Counted from the stretch's first letter, positions 12,598 through 26,650 are shown. The stretch is 64,000 nucleotides of DNA from Eledone cirrhosa (GCA_964016885.1 OZ024743.1:315208001-315272000); one strand, 5' to 3'. The notes: generated by a model not told the origin, from the sequence alone. Numbers and translations are program-made.

Positions 12598-14049
12598 TCG
12601 TAGAACGAGTGGTCCAACCTGTCCCAGTGGGAGAACAGCGACTCTGTAATTTAGTGGTTTAACTCCTTCAAATCCCAAAAAGCGAAGTTCACACAGTTGG
12701 ACATAGTTGATTTTTACCCGTCGATCTCAGAGACCCTGTTAAACAAAGCGTTAGACTACCATCGATGGTTTAGACAGGGAAATCATCGTTCACTGCCGGA
12801 AAATCCTCCTCTTCAACAACGGAGTAGCCTGGGCAAAGAAGTCAACCAATTCAGATCTATTCGTCGTCTCCATGGGATCGTTTGACTGTGCTGACGTATG
12901 CCACTTGGTTGGCCTATTTATCTTAGACATATTACGTGTTAGATTCCCGGACTTCCACACGAGAATATACCGCGACGATGGACTGAATTTATCGAGCCAT
13001 AAAACTGGTCACGACCTCGACCGGTTTAAAAAAGACTTAGCTTCTGCCTTCAATGAGTTAGGACTTAGGATAACAGTAGCTACCAACCCCCCTAGCGTAG
13101 ATTTCATAGACATTAATTTAGACCTTCGTACACATACCTTCAGACCCTTCCATAAGCTAAACGAAAAACTTAATTATATACAGAAGGACTCATGCCACCC
13201 TCCTACTGATTTTAGAAACTTCGTAAATAATATCAGTAGTAGAATCTCAAACCTCTCCTCTAATAAGGCTATCTTTGACAGAGCGGCCCCCTACTATAAC
13301 ACGGCGTTAGCTAACAGCGGCTTCTCGCAACCAATTACTTACTCCCCCACTAACAACAACACTAACAATAAGAAAATAAATTGGAACAATAGACACCCTA
13401 TCTGGTTCTCTCTTCCCCTCTCACTCAACGTTAAAACTAATGTAGGAACATTTGTTTAGCCCTCTTAGATAGACACTTTCCCATATGTCACAAATACCGC
13501 TGCATCTTTAACAGATATAGAGTAAAACTAGTGAACTCCTGCGCTAAGAATATGAAGGCCCACATCACCAAAACTCCTAACAGCGGCACCCCACCAAGAT
13601 GCTCTTGCTGAAAGCCTGAAGCTTGTCCCCTTCAACAACAATGCAACATACCCGTTGTAGTTTATGAAGCTGCGATCACTTCCAACCGACCAAATCAACC
13701 ATAGGAGATCTAATCCTATGTTTGTATGGCGGAGGGCCGATTTACGGAACGCTTCCTGAACTATAAGTCGGCCTTTAGGTACCTGGACAAACGATCATAC
13801 ACGAAACTCGTGAGCCACGTATGGTCTCTCAGGGACTCAGGTATAGACTACTCCATTCAATGGAAAGCCATCACTAAGTGCAAGCCATACGCAAGGGGCA
13901 ATCCGTCGTGTGGACTGTGTATTGAAGAAAGGTTAAATATTCTAAGGAAACTATGCAATAGTGATTGCTTCATTTCAAGAAGTGAAATCTTCTCTCGTTG
14001 TCCACATGTCTGGAAACACCTCTTGCAGAACTACATAGCTCCGGATTGA
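12597..14049 (+). pseudogene. PLE RT + GIY-YIG ORF, disrupted
   Basis: DIVDFYPSISETLL, MGSFDCADVCHLVGLFIL, IYRDDGL, CSC*KPEACPLQQQC, FTERFLNYK, CGLCIEE, CPH. Confidence 0.92.
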
Positions 14050-14356
14050 ATAACAACAACATTCTAATTTTCTAATCAACTCGAACATCTTTTCCGAACT
14101 TTCGCAGTTATCTCCATTGCACCTTTCACGCGTGGCTTTGTATCGCTTGGGTGAAATGACCGTTTCTGCACATGCACCTTCATACGGTTGTTCTTCTTGT
14201 TCCGTATAACCATGACCAGTCCGAGCTAAAGATCCCCATAAGGTGAAACAATTGTTCGCGGTATGGTGAACTAACAGTTGTGTTGCTATTTCTAACAAAC
14301 GCGTCCCATGGACTGAGTGCTCTACCACTACGGATATTACCTTCCAGTGTTCTACA

Positions 14357-14477
<121 letters not shown>

Positions 14478-14589
14478 GAAGTATCTCCGTAGGAAAGGTA
14501 AAGGAAAAGAGAGTGCTCTATGTAGGCTACAGAGCTTTTTATCGCTTGGGTGATGTGGCCGTTTCTGGACATGCACGTTCATACGGTTG

Positions 14590-14651
14590 TTCTTCCTGAC
14601 GACTGAAGACAGATATAAATATCTGTCTTCAAGAAACCACTGGTGAATGAA
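14590..14651 (+). ncRNA. Degenerate type I hammerhead at the PLE 3' end
   Basis: ttcttc-CTGACGA-c-tgaagacagat/atctgtcttca-a-GAAA-ccactgg-T-gaatgaa; cleavage-site base missing or mutated. Confidence 0.6.
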
Positions 14652-14673
14652 TTAATTATCTTATGTTGTTTAT

Positions 14674-14709
<36 letters not shown>

Positions 14710-14919
14710 GCTCTACCTCTCATACTATTTGTTAGTCTCTTTTGTTTATTTCTCTCACACTCCGTCTATCTGCCCCATCTTTTCTCTTTCGATTTATCTT
14801 TGTCAGTGTGTCTTATATTTGTATGTGTGTTTTATTCTCTGACTAATAATCAATCAGACTGCATTTCGTTCTCCTTCTTTATGTGCCACTATCTATCTTT
14901 TTTCTGTCTCTATAACTCT

Positions 14920-14961
<42 letters not shown>

Positions 14962-14965
<4 letters not shown>

Positions 14966-15000
14966 CAAGAAAGAAGAGTGACATGGATCGCTATACAATA

Positions 15001-15001
<1 letters not shown>
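14962..15001. repeat. ~40-bp insert in (TA)n, near-identical to 61755-61795; probable extremely truncated element terminus
   Basis: aattcaagaaagaagagtgacat.g.tcgctatacaataa at both sites. Confidence 0.7.
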
Positions 15002-15060
<59 letters not shown>

Positions 15061-15063
<3 letters not shown>

Positions 15064-15662
15064 TAAAGTTAGTCCTTCATCAGTGATCTTCCAACCATCA
15101 TTGGTATTTCATCGCTTTAAAGACCATATACCTCCGGTTGGTGCGAGCAACGGCTAAAAAAAGTCGTTGGGACACGTAAATAAAGGGACACGAGAGTGTA
15201 AACAAACAAAGATGGTGAAGCAACGAAAAGTGAGGCAGGTTCGCTTTTTTTTCTCTCTCTCGTCTACGATTTCACAGAACTTATGTTCACCGAATTCATA
15301 GACTAGATTCCTTCTTTCTCCCGTTAGACCTGTACGGAATTCCTTCCTTGCTCACATTCCAACCAGGTTTGATGGTCTTTATTCTCTCTCGTTCACGATT
15401 TCACCGAACTTATATTCATGGAAATTTGGGACGTGAGTCTTTCTTCCTCACTTTTCGTTGCTTCACCATCTTTGTTTGTTTACACTCTCGTGTCCCCTTT
15501 ATTTACGTGTCCCAACGACTTTTTTGAGCTGTTGCTCGCACCAACTGGAGGTATATGGTCTTTAAAGCGATGAAATACCAATGATGGTCGGAAGATCACT
15601 GATGAAGGACTAACTTTATTCATATGTAACCCATTAGCAACCACGCAGCACGTTTATTCTCA
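15061..15662. mobile_element. Fold-back copy of the 515-bp family; arms ~15061-15235 and ~15446-15621; right tail to 15662
   Basis: Arms are reverse complements; flanked by (TA)n. Confidence 0.85.
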
Positions 15663-15705
15663 TATATATATGTATATATACATATATATAGATATATATA
15701 TATAT

Positions 15706-15772
<67 letters not shown>

Positions 15773-16079
15773 TGAAGAGATGGATAAACAGAGAGAGCTA
15801 GGGGGAGAAAGTAGAGTGAGAGAGGATAGTTTATGTGTATTCCTCTGTGTGTCCATATCTACATATAGGTGTGTGCTTGTGTATGTGTGCGTGTGTATAC
15901 GTGTGTCTTTGTGCATGTGAGTATATGTGTTTATATGTGTAAAGGGAATCCATCATGGAATTAGATTCATTACCCAACATTAAAAAGGAATTATTCGCTG
16001 TAATTGTTCAAATTAATTTTCTCTTCAGTCACATCTCTCCCCTCTCTTATCCACGCTACCCTCCTCTTCTACCAACACC

Positions 16080-16114
<35 letters not shown>

Positions 16115-16244
16115 ATGTGTGTGTGTGTGTATGTGTGTGTGTGTGTATCTGTGTGTGTGTGAGTATGTGTGTGTGTGTGTGTGTGTGTCTGTATGTGTGT
16201 ATGTGTATGTATATATATATATATATATATACACATATATATAT

Positions 16245-16355
16245 GTGTGCGCGCGCTCTACGTGCAAACATATACGTGCAAACATATACGTGTGTGTATA
16301 TATATACACACACGTATGTTTGCCCGTATATGTTTGCACGTAGAGCGCGCGCACA
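16245..16355. repeat. Near-perfect hairpin centred on a TATATATA tract, within a looser ~440-bp microsatellite palindrome
   Basis: gcgcgcgctctacgtgcaaacatatacg.. / ..cgtatatgtttgcacgtagagcgcgcgc. Confidence 0.85.
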
Positions 16356-16404
16356 TACACACATATATGTGTGTACATATACATGCACACATACACACAT
16401 ACAG

Positions 16405-16455
<51 letters not shown>

Positions 16456-17269
16456 TAAACATATATATACGCATGTATATACACACACACACACACACAC
16501 ACTCACACACATATATATATATATATTTACATGTGTGTGTGTCTGTGTGTATGTGTCTGGGTGTATGTGTGGTTTTTTAGATTATAAAAGTAATGATAAT
16601 AATAATCCTGCTTTTATTCTCTTTATTGAATCTACGTTTCATTTTCTCTTTCTTTTTCTTCTATTTCTTTGTCTTCTTCCTTTATCTCATTTTCTGTCTT
16701 CCCCTTCCTCTTTTGCTGCTTCTTATCATTTTTTCTTCTCCTTCTTCTCCTTCTTTTTCTTCTTCTTCTTCTTGTCCTTCTTACTATTCAACTTCATCCT
16801 CCTTCCCTCTCTATTCTTTTTATACTTCTTCATCTTCAATTTCATTTTATTTTCCTCGTCCCTCGCCTCCTCATTTTTCTTCATCATCATCATCATCATC
16901 ATCATCATCTTCTCTCTTACCTTCCGCTCTATCAACTTCTGCTACAACTGTGTCCATATTATTCATCCTCTCAGGCTGTCCAGTTGGTGGAGATTATTTC
17001 ACATTGTTCCAATCAACTCAGCTGTCAACAATGTGTTTTATCTGTGATTCAAAGGGCCAGCCGAATCCCACATTGTGTCCCACTGAATTTCTCCGAGAAC
17101 GCTAAATGTTAAATGTTCAGCCACCAGCACTGTAATTTCTCAAGCGGGCAGTCATCGGAACTGATAGATGTCCAACAACCACGACTCATCTCTTCCGCCT
17201 ATATATTGTCTCATATTTTATATCCAGCGATAAATTCGGATACATTATTAATATCATTAGTCATTCTAG

Positions 17270-17475
17270 TGAAGGCGGTCGAATGGTAGTATCGGTAGAA
17301 CGTCGGATACCATGGTGTCCAATATAGAGTTACGGCCCTTTGTGTTCTTTTTCAAAGCCCGCCAAGGTTAGCTTTGGTCTATAAATTAAAGCACCAGTGA
17401 TGTACTGGTGTCTATTTAATCGACATTCCCCTCCTCTAAAATTGCTGGACTTGTGCCTATAGTAGAAATTAGTAT
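17270..17475 (+). mobile_element. Meta-domain-like tRNA SINE, diverged
   Basis: Similar to 19606-19790. Confidence 0.65.
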
Positions 17476-17686
17476 TAGTCGTTCTGGTGGTCGTGCTGGA
17501 GGTGGTGATGTTGGCCATAGTAGTAGTAGTAGTAGTAATAGTAGTAATGGTGGTAAGGCTAGTAATAGCTGCGACAGTATTATGCTGTTATCACTTTCCT
17601 ATATAAAATGTTATATTACATTGGAACTATGAAGTTGGAGTCTTTAACTATATGTTTGCGAGTGTGTCAGAGTGTGCGTCTATGTT

Positions 17687-17723
<37 letters not shown>

Positions 17724-17926
17724 CGTTTCTGAATTTGTTTAGCAAGAATCTTTATCTGAAAACGTGTGTTGAAACCGATATTGTTATACTTTGGGAGGGT
17801 CATGTTGCCAATAAGAAACACACGCACCAATTGCTTCACTTCAATTTATTAAAATAAATTTATAAATTTAGGAATTTATAAATTTCCGGTTGGTTGGTTC
17901 CACAACCAGATGATTGTTCATATATT

Positions 17927-17969
17927 GTCAAAGTTCTTTCGTCACACATTCTGTGACCTCTTCAGTGAC
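17927..17969 (-). ncRNA. Type I hammerhead motif
   Basis: gtca-CTGAAGA-g-gtcaca/tgtgac-GAAA-gaac-TT-tgac. Confidence 0.8.
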
Positions 17970-18048
17970 TGGGGATTCTTTTCTTTGTTTTTGAAGATGG
18001 CGTAGGACAGAACAAAGGAGAGGCACAAAACAAAGAAAATAATCACTA

Positions 18049-18091
18049 GTCACTGAAGATGTCACAGAATATGTGACGAAAGAACTTTGAC
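18049..18091 (+). ncRNA. Type I hammerhead motif
   Basis: gtca-CTGAAGA-t-gtcaca-gaata-tgtgac-GAAA-gaac-TT-tgac. Confidence 0.8.
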
Positions 18092-18236
18092 AATATATGA
18101 ACAATCATCTGGTTGTGGAACCAACCAACCAACCGGAAATTTATAAATTCCTAAATTTATAAATGTATTATAATAAATTGAAGTGAAACTACTGGTGCGT
18201 GTGTTTCTTATTGGCAACATGACCCTCCCAAAGTAT

Positions 18237-18301
<65 letters not shown>

Positions 18302-18453
18302 TGTGTGTGTCTGTGTGTGTGAGAGTGTGTGTGTGTGGGTGGGTGTGGGTGTAAGTGTGTGTGTGTGCGTGTATGTATACATAAATACATATATGCTTAA
18401 ATAATATATACGTATATATTAATATTTACATAAATATTTTTCGATGTATTGGC

Positions 18454-18519
<66 letters not shown>

Positions 18520-18527
18520 TTATATGC

Positions 18528-18558
<31 letters not shown>

Positions 18559-19178
18559 CGTGTTAGGGGAAACGCATATTATTAACAATTAATGTTTTAT
18601 TATTTCCTAATATTGTATTTTATACTATTTTTGTGTATTTATATTTCCTTCCCCTCACCGCCATCTTTAATTCATACTTTTCAATGGTCGTGTTATTCAT
18701 TGGGATTTTTTCCGTTTGTTATTTTTTATTATATTTTTCATATATTGTATTTTTTTACTTTTTTCTTTTTTTGTCATCTTTTACGACATTCTCTTTATTT
18801 AATTCACATTTGATTGAACATTTTATATTTTATATTGTCTTTTATTTTATTTTATTTTATACAATATTGAATTATTAACACAATTCTAATTGATTGTACG
18901 CTCAAAGAAAAATTAACGAAATTTATGGCTCTATTTCTTTCTCTTTCTCTCTCGAATTTTTCCTTCTTTTATTTCTCACCTCTCACACTCTCAATTCCAA
19001 GTATTATATCTCTGTCTCTCTATTTCTGCCTGTTTCTCTATCTTTCTCAAGATGTCTCCTAAATTGTTATTCTTTTGCACATTCACACATATTCTGCAAG
19101 AAATTGCTAGATTAATTACGAAACAATAGACTAAGACAGAATATTAAAATATATATATATATAAATACATTTGTTAAC

Positions 19179-19235
<57 letters not shown>

Positions 19236-19427
19236 TATATAAATAATCATGAATATAGATCATCATGAATTACCTCAATCATATTATACCATAAATAGCT
19301 CTATGAAGATAAGGGCTACAATCCAGAATTTCATTTTTATTTAAGTATACTAATAATATATATAGTATAGTAAAACATAGCATAGCAAGCAAAATACGTT
19401 TAAAGGCAAACACAATTCTACTTACAT

Positions 19428-19790
19428 TTTGGCAGTATCGGTTGAGTGTCGGACGCCATGCTTTCCAGCATAGTTACGTCCCTTTATGGACTGAGTTCAA
19501 ATCCCGTCGAGGTTAACTTTACGGTCGATAAAATAAAGTACCAGTAATGCACTGATTAAATTGCTGGCCTTGTGCCAAAAGTAGAAACAAGTATTATAAA
19601 TCACAGTGGATTGGCAGTATTGGTAGAAGGTCGGACGCCATGCTTTGTAGCATAGAGTTATGGCCCTTTACGTTCTGACTTCAAATCCCACCGAGGTTTG
19701 CCTTGCATCCTTGCGGGGTAAATAAAATAAAGTACCAGTAATGCACTGTGGTAATTGCTGGCCTTGTTCCAAAAGTAGAAACAATTATTA
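19428..19790 (+). mobile_element. Two tandem Meta-domain-like tRNA SINEs (~19428-19597, ~19606-19790)
   Basis: B-box-like gagttcaaatccc, gcctt.catcct..cgggg..ataaaataaagtaccag motif, 3' tgctggccttgtgccaaaagtagaaacaa. Confidence 0.8.
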
Positions 19791-21766
19791 TGAATTACGG
19801 TGAAGGTACATAAAGAGGGAAAAATAACTTACCATCGACCGCTCTTATGAATCGAACCCATTCCCCATATATATAAATATATATATATGTGTGTATGTTT
19901 GTGTTATATACATGCGTGCGTGTGTGCTATATACATGCGTGTGTGGTAGTACATAAACACATACTGATATACGATTTAATATTATATCTTAGCTGTCTAG
20001 TGTTAGCTTCTATTGAACAGACTAATAAGCTGCTAGTTTGTAATCTCAGTCTGCTGTTATCGCCACATTTGGTGGTTTTAAAAAGACTTTAGTTAAGTAT
20101 AGTTATATGGTTTTAAACTCGGATTATGCTATTAAACTGAGGGTTTGAACTTGGATCAAGCTTTTTTTCGTTTTGTTTTTTTCAATCAAGGACAAGTTTA
20201 TATGCTTACATGCGCGTGCGTGTGCTATATACATGCGCGTGTGGTATTACATGCTTAGGTTAATTCCTTTTCTGTTCTGTATATTAACAAATTTATAAGT
20301 ATACTTCAGCTGCTTAGTGCCAAATTTAAAACCACCACCACCACCACCACGTGTGCCGAACTACGACCATGTTATTAAGAAAAAAGAATAAAATAAGATC
20401 AAAATGGAAGAGGAGTCAAGGGAGATTCGCAATATCTAAAAATATATATATAAAGAACGAATGCTTGCATATACTGAAAAGATCGAAATTCCCAACTCAC
20501 TATATTACATATGTCAGACCCTACCGTGTTTTTATTTAGTATGCAGAACACTCGGCTGAGGTATTTTCTCTCAGCAATATTAGTTGCTATCCTTAATAAT
20601 AGGCGTCATCAAACTACTTAGCACGTGAAATAATATGTGAGAAATGTAAAAGATCTTCGCTATAATAACCATCGGTATTCAAAAAATATGTTTTACTTCC
20701 GTAATAGACGCATTAAAAATAGCTGTTATTCTAAGCAAACAAAAAAGCTATACGTTTTATAAAACATAATACTATGGATTCGAAGTACTTCAACCATCAT
20801 GAACTATTTTAAATATAGTGTTCACTATTGAATCGGCCATTATGTGTTTGCTATACAAACGAAGAATATTTTAATCGGAATCTCTGACAACATAGCATGT
20901 TTTCAAATATTTGTGAGTGTAAATATATTCGCAGAATTCAAGAGATACGGAGTTCTATTCTCTATAATGACTGCTGGCAACTTTCTTCTGTCCCTAAGAG
21001 TATTTTACCCGATTTATATATATATACAAACCACCTAATAAATTTTGTAACCTCTGTCTACTAGAGACCCATACTATCATCTTCTCTAAACATAATCTCC
21101 TTAATAAAAAATCAGAAGTGTTCGCAACTTGCCAACACCGCTTCCGACACTCGTTCCAAAATTTTAAACCCTATATATAATAATGTCAGACTGGAACCGG
21201 CACCACCCCTAGCAATTAACATCAGTAACACACCTTACACCTCACATCCACACCCACCTCTATACTCTAAAGATAATACTGACAGCATTTTAGTACCACC
21301 TACCCTGGGAATACCCCCTTGTACCTCTAATTCTGATATCTCGACCGTGGACTACTTATTCTGCATTGCACAAATATGAGATTAGTATAAACTGGGGACA
21401 CGGTACTGGTTGCGATAACATAATCCTGTGCATGGATTCCCACCAAGAGATAGATTGTTGATTAGACAGATAATCGTATTGTTATGTGAATATATACTGT
21501 AAACGATCAGTTCAATGAATTATGCACGGGAGATGCATGAGTTAGGAGCATCTGTGTTGCCTGCAGACCTGACCGGCACCTTTTGACGAAAGAACCGGCC
21601 ACCGGACCACCCAGGTGAACTTACCGGCGATGCAGTCATACTACGACCTGAATCTCGCCGGGAGTCATGTATGATAATAAGACCATTACTGATAGTGAGA
21701 CCCATGTAGTTAATTATGTAGTCGGACTCTTCTTATGGACTGGCCGGGTGTGGCACCCCATGTTGG

Positions 21767-22073
21767 ATTGTAGTCATCATGATACGAACTCCTTTAGTGC
21801 TTGTTACTGGACTCCACTCTAACTTGTGGATGGGATACCTGATCTATATGTGGGACGTGGGTTTATGTGTTGCTTGGTGGCCAGACAGGCGCCCTGGTAT
21901 GAGAGATTTAATCTCCAGATTGTAATCATCTTGATGTGAACTCCTTTAGTACCTATTAATAGACTCCACTCTGGCTTGTAGATGTGATACTTAATTGATT
22001 TATATATGAGACGGGGGTTGTCTATTGCTTGATGACCAGACTAGTGCCTTTATATGAGAAATTGGATCTCCGG
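21767..22073 (+). repeat. Two diverged ~151-155 bp tandem units, with a third partial unit near 22200-22320
   Basis: gattgta.tcatc.tgat..gaactcctttagt..gactccactct at 21767 and 21918. Confidence 0.8.
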
Positions 22074-23100
22074 ACCATACCGAAGATTTACTGGATATTC
22101 AGACATGCAATGACTCGGAGCCTACCGGGTCGCATATATAATAGCGGGACCATACCAGGTCCTACTGTTGTATTACATTTGCATGGAACAGTGACTTGAG
22201 AGTCTGACTCCTCTTATAGAACGTTCAGATATGACACCCCTTAATGGATGGTAATCATCCTAATATATACACCCTTGTACTTCTTAATGGACAACTCTCT
22301 AACCTATAAATGGGTAACATACTCTAGAAATTAGTTATAACTTCATATGATAGGCACGTATTTGAATCACCATTAATGTAGTTTAGGATAGTAATTTAAC
22401 TAAGATAACTAGCTAGTTACCTCCCCTTACGCATTAATTCCCCTTAGTCATTCAGACACTTCCGGAATCTGGACAGCATGAACTATTAATTAAGAACCGA
22501 CTGGATACGGTTTATAGCTTGATTATATGCTGAACCACCGCGAATTATACGATAGACAAGTGTTCTCTATATATATTGCGTCTCATGGATTATGTGAGTG
22601 GTGGTGTGAGCGAAGACAGTGGTACGGCTTTGCCTACGATACAATAAGGTTTATAGTATGTGGAAAGTTTTTGATATTTTGGTGTTTCCCTGCATCCGAG
22701 ACTATATATCATACAGATGTATGAGAATAAATGACTTAATAATCCAGCCCACATAATAAGATCGATTGCCTGCTTCAACTGCCTGACCCTGCAAATATCA
22801 TTCTGACGCACTCTAATCATGTATAAATAAGACACGCGTGCATGCTACACGTGAGACTGTTTCATACACTGACTACTCTAAACTTTCCTCTTGCTTTATC
22901 TTCATAGACTGCCAACGCTTCATGTTTATCTTTATTTTCATTCTTGTTTTTATTTTATTTTTATCCTGTAACCTTTATATGTAAATTGCCATGCTATACC
23001 ATTTGATGAATGTCACCCCACTGTTGATCAATATGCGCATATGTTTTATGTGTCTCTTGGGTTGAAAAGGAGGTCAAGTATGTTATAGATCAGTAAATAG

Positions 23101-23148
23101 TTGCTCCGAAGATCCAAACCTCGGTTTGGAGGAAACAATTGTAAGCAA
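23101..23148 (+). ncRNA. Type I hammerhead motif (U4C core variant)
   Basis: ttgct-CCGAAGA-tccaaac-ctcg-gtttgga-g-GAAA-caattg-TA-agcaa. Confidence 0.8.
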
Positions 23149-23229
23149 ATAAATGACTTAAACTGAACTTTGATTATTGTAATCTCTACATATATATATA
23201 TATATATATATATATCATATATAGATATA

Positions 23230-23565
23230 TTGACCGACCAGTCTGTCGTGCGTCATTCGGCGCCGCTGGTCACAGCACGTGCTGTTTTAGCCATACGATG
23301 ACGCCATCCTACTGGCTGGGCGGGCAGGCCGTAGGTCTAAAGTCTGTCTTAAGCCAGAAGGCTCATTTGGTTTCATGGCGTGAAGCGACTGAGAGTACAA
23401 GACTCTCCCCTGGACAGGACGCCAGTCTATCGCAAGGTTAAACCTCCAGCTATTGCTGGTACTCATTTTCAGCTGAGTCAACTGGAGCAATCTGAAATGA
23501 AGTGTCTTGCTCAAGGAAACAACACGTCACCCGGTCCGAGAATTGAACCTTTCGATTGCAAACCT
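23230..23565 (-). mobile_element. CORE-like SINE sequence (composite of two related pieces)
   Basis: Reverse complement of parts of 23828-24057 and 58030-58300. Confidence 0.75.
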
Positions 23566-23635
23566 ACTGGGATCTTCACATATATATATATGTGAAGATT
23601 CTTTGCTTAAACTTTAATCTGTTATTTTAATATAT

Positions 23636-23827
<192 letters not shown>

Positions 23828-24057
23828 AGGCGCATGGCTTAGTGGTTAAAGCATTGGGCTTGCAATCGAAAGCCTGGGAGTTCAATTCTCGGACCGGGTG
23901 ATGTGTAGTTTCCTTGAGCAAGACACTTTATTTCACGTTACTCCAGGTTACTCAGCTGTAGAATTGAGTACCGGCCTGCCCGCCCAGCCAGTGGGATGGA
24001 GTTATCTTATGGCTAAAACACCACGACGATTGGCGCCCGACAGACTGGTCGGTCAAG
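23828..24057 (+). mobile_element. tRNA-derived CORE-like SINE
   Basis: ggcgcatggcttagtggttaa (A box), ggagttcaattctc (B box), ccttgagcaagacacttta core. Confidence 0.85.
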
Positions 24058-24085
24058 GTGATCGAGGTGATATATATATATATCC

Positions 24086-24171
24086 TGTTTCTGAGGAGGA
24101 TGGCCGATTGAACAGGGTTTTCGAGACTATGCTAGTCGACACATCGACATCTCTGAAACGATCGTAAAACA
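24086..24171 (+). ncRNA. Type I hammerhead motif with long stem II, in a ~140-bp insert between microsatellites
   Basis: tgttt-CTGAGGA-ggatggccgat..atcgacatctct-GAAA-cgatcg-TA-aaaca. Confidence 0.8.
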
Positions 24172-24220
24172 ATGAACTAACTCTCTATCTACCTATAACT
24201 TCTGTTCTTTTATTGTTCAA

Positions 24221-24278
<58 letters not shown>

Positions 24279-24514
24279 TCCAAACGATGTATACGCACTT
24301 TGATTAGAATTAGAATGGTGTTAAAATGTATATTCATTATATATATATACGTTTGTGTGTGTGTATGGAAAGAGAGAGAGATAGTGTGAGAGAGACGGAA
24401 AAGAAACAAAAATTAGAGAGATACTGTGTTTGTGTCTCTCAATCTGAATATGGCAGAGGGCGAAAACGGTCGTTAATGTTCTAATTCTTGTATTCTATTG
24501 TTAGAGACTATGTT

Positions 24515-24860
24515 GGCGCAGCATGACCGAATGGTTATCGAATTCGCTTCATTATTATATGATACAGAGTTCGATCACACAGCGTAGAGTCTGGAGAGAA
24601 TGGGATTTATTTAGATTTGGGTCGACCCAATTCTTGTTAGTAAAATCGGATAGATGGAAACTGTTTCGAAGCCCAGTGGATTGATTGTCTGCACGTCAAA
24701 GATTCAACTTTGACAACACGCTGTGTCGTGTTGAATCTTCATAAAAATTACGTCATGTACACACGTTTTTATGAAATTCTCAATCACCTAAACGTGATTT
24801 TAAAAACCCCGTCGTTTTATCATCGATTGAACACCTGGAACATCGCCGGAACCGAGGAAA
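24515..24860 (+). mobile_element. Old tRNA-derived SINE
   Basis: ggcgcagcatgaccgaatggtta..gagttcgatc head; 3' body like 8600-8780. Confidence 0.55.
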
Positions 24861-25419
24861 GCTGATATTTGCCTGGGGATAAGACAAAAAAAAAACTTCA
24901 ACGACCTACTACAGCAGCTAAGTGGCCTCAGTCAAATGTGATCTAATTACCTTAGAACATGAACATGCTGTAGTGCAGATGGCGTTTTTATTATAATGAC
25001 GTTGATAGAAACCAATTTTATTCCTAAATTGATCGATGGTTACCGCTAAAACAATTTTTTTGAAAATAACACCTAAAATCCCCCCGCAGAACTTAATTTA
25101 AATATAGTCAGCAGTTTTAGTGTAAAAAGAGAGACTTTCTCATTACCTGAATGTGAAAGCGATCCAAGTGAATAACAGGTGTTAACCACTTCTACAGATG
25201 ATAGGAAAATCAATTGGGTTGTATAATTTGATTTTGCGTCCTTTACATATCCAAGGTCTTGTGTCTTATAGAAAGGAAACATCAATAATTATTCATTACA
25301 TATATAAGTAACGGTGTGAACTTCATATAGAGTTAGGGGAAATTACTTTGGTACACATATATAAGCTCGAACTTCAAATCAACTAAAACTCATCTGCTTC
25401 ATTTTCACATAAGTTACAG

Positions 25420-26517
25420 CAAAATGTCTGTCTAATAAACAAATGGAGAGAACGTGACCTAGAAATTAGAAGCTACGAAGAAGGTGTCATACGACAGCTA
25501 TCCATATCCATAAGTCACAGTTCATTCTCTGTGTAATAAAGTGGTGTATATTATATATGTGTGTGCCTTCCCTAAAATGGCGGAGAATACGAATACACGA
25601 GAAATACCTCCATACAGTATTGCACAAATATCTGTATAAATGATTCAAACATTCAACAGATCCGTAATTTAGGTAGTAAACTTATCAAAGGTTTCCCAAT
25701 GATTTCGAAAAGAATCACGTTTGAAGAAATTTAATAACATAAAATAAAGTTATTATTGTTAGTGAACGGAACATAACGTAACCAAGGTTTCTACAAAAAT
25801 TATAATGGAAGGATTCTAGATAAATACAAACATTTTAAATTAAATAGCTATGTATCATAGAACAAGGTTTAGTTTTGTAGTTTAAGGTGATTTGGTATGA
25901 AAAATCGTAATTCTTCACTTGATGAAACACCATCGCCTTGTTGATGGTTGAGTCCATACTTTTGCAACCATTCGGCTGAGGGCTGCAATTTGTGGATGCC
26001 TTCACACTCCCTACCACAAACCTCAGTGTTTCTGAAGAATGATAGGCAACACATGTTCATCATAAAAGAAAATTCATGTTTTCCTGATTCGATAAAAAAA
26101 GTGCGAGTTTGCAATCAGAGATCAATTCCGTCAAATAGCTGTATTACTGTGAATCATGGTCTGAGACAATATCTATCACCAAAGCATTATATGGTTGCTA
26201 CACACGAATGTTAAGAAGGATAAAAAACATCTAACTTATCGACCTTGTTACAAGAAGAATTCTCTGCCGCACCCTCCGCCAATTAGCTATACTATCCATG
26301 GCAGGCGTCTTCAACTTTCAGGTAATCTCATGAGAGGCAGCGAACCTACGGCAAAACCTTTATTGTGGGAACCCATTAATTTGAAATGCAAAAGTGGAAA
26401 ACATTAAAGTAAGTTATTGAGGAAGATACAGAATTGTCCGATGAAGAACTGAGACAGTGAATAGTGGATCATGTGAAATGGAAAGGTTTTGTGTAACCAC
26501 AAAGAAATAGATGAATT

Positions 26518-26577
<60 letters not shown>

Positions 26578-26599
26578 CAGCAGCAGCAGCAGCAGAAGC

Positions 26600-26650
<51 letters not shown>
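25420..26650 (+). pseudogene. Heavily decayed RTE-clade LINE 3' part with (TAG)n tail
   Basis: KALYGCYTRMLRRIKNI, PPISYTIHGRRLQLSG, KPLLWEP; same C-terminal type as 47058-47350; 5' limit uncertain. Confidence 0.7.

Larger units (their letters stand above)
17722..18244. mobile_element. Palindromic HHR element in (TA)n; arms ~17779-17992 and ~18026-18244; left tail ~57 bp
   Basis: Highly similar inverted arms with HHR cores intact in both; termini and tail resemble 33081-33941. Confidence 0.88.
20180..23190 (+). mobile_element. ~3 kb microsatellite-free segment ending in an HHR followed by (TA)n; probable large non-autonomous or decayed PLE-type element
   Basis: 3' HHR at 23101-23148; internal ~151-bp diverged repeats; no recognisable protein; 5' boundary uncertain. 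Confidence 0.45.

Noticed and set aside
13609-13611. In-frame TGA in the Cys-rich linker of PLE 2 as possible selenocysteine (reported for some Naiads)
   Set aside because: It aligns with Arg of CNCR in PLE 1, consistent with CGA-to-TGA decay; all four linker cysteines are encoded by TGY.
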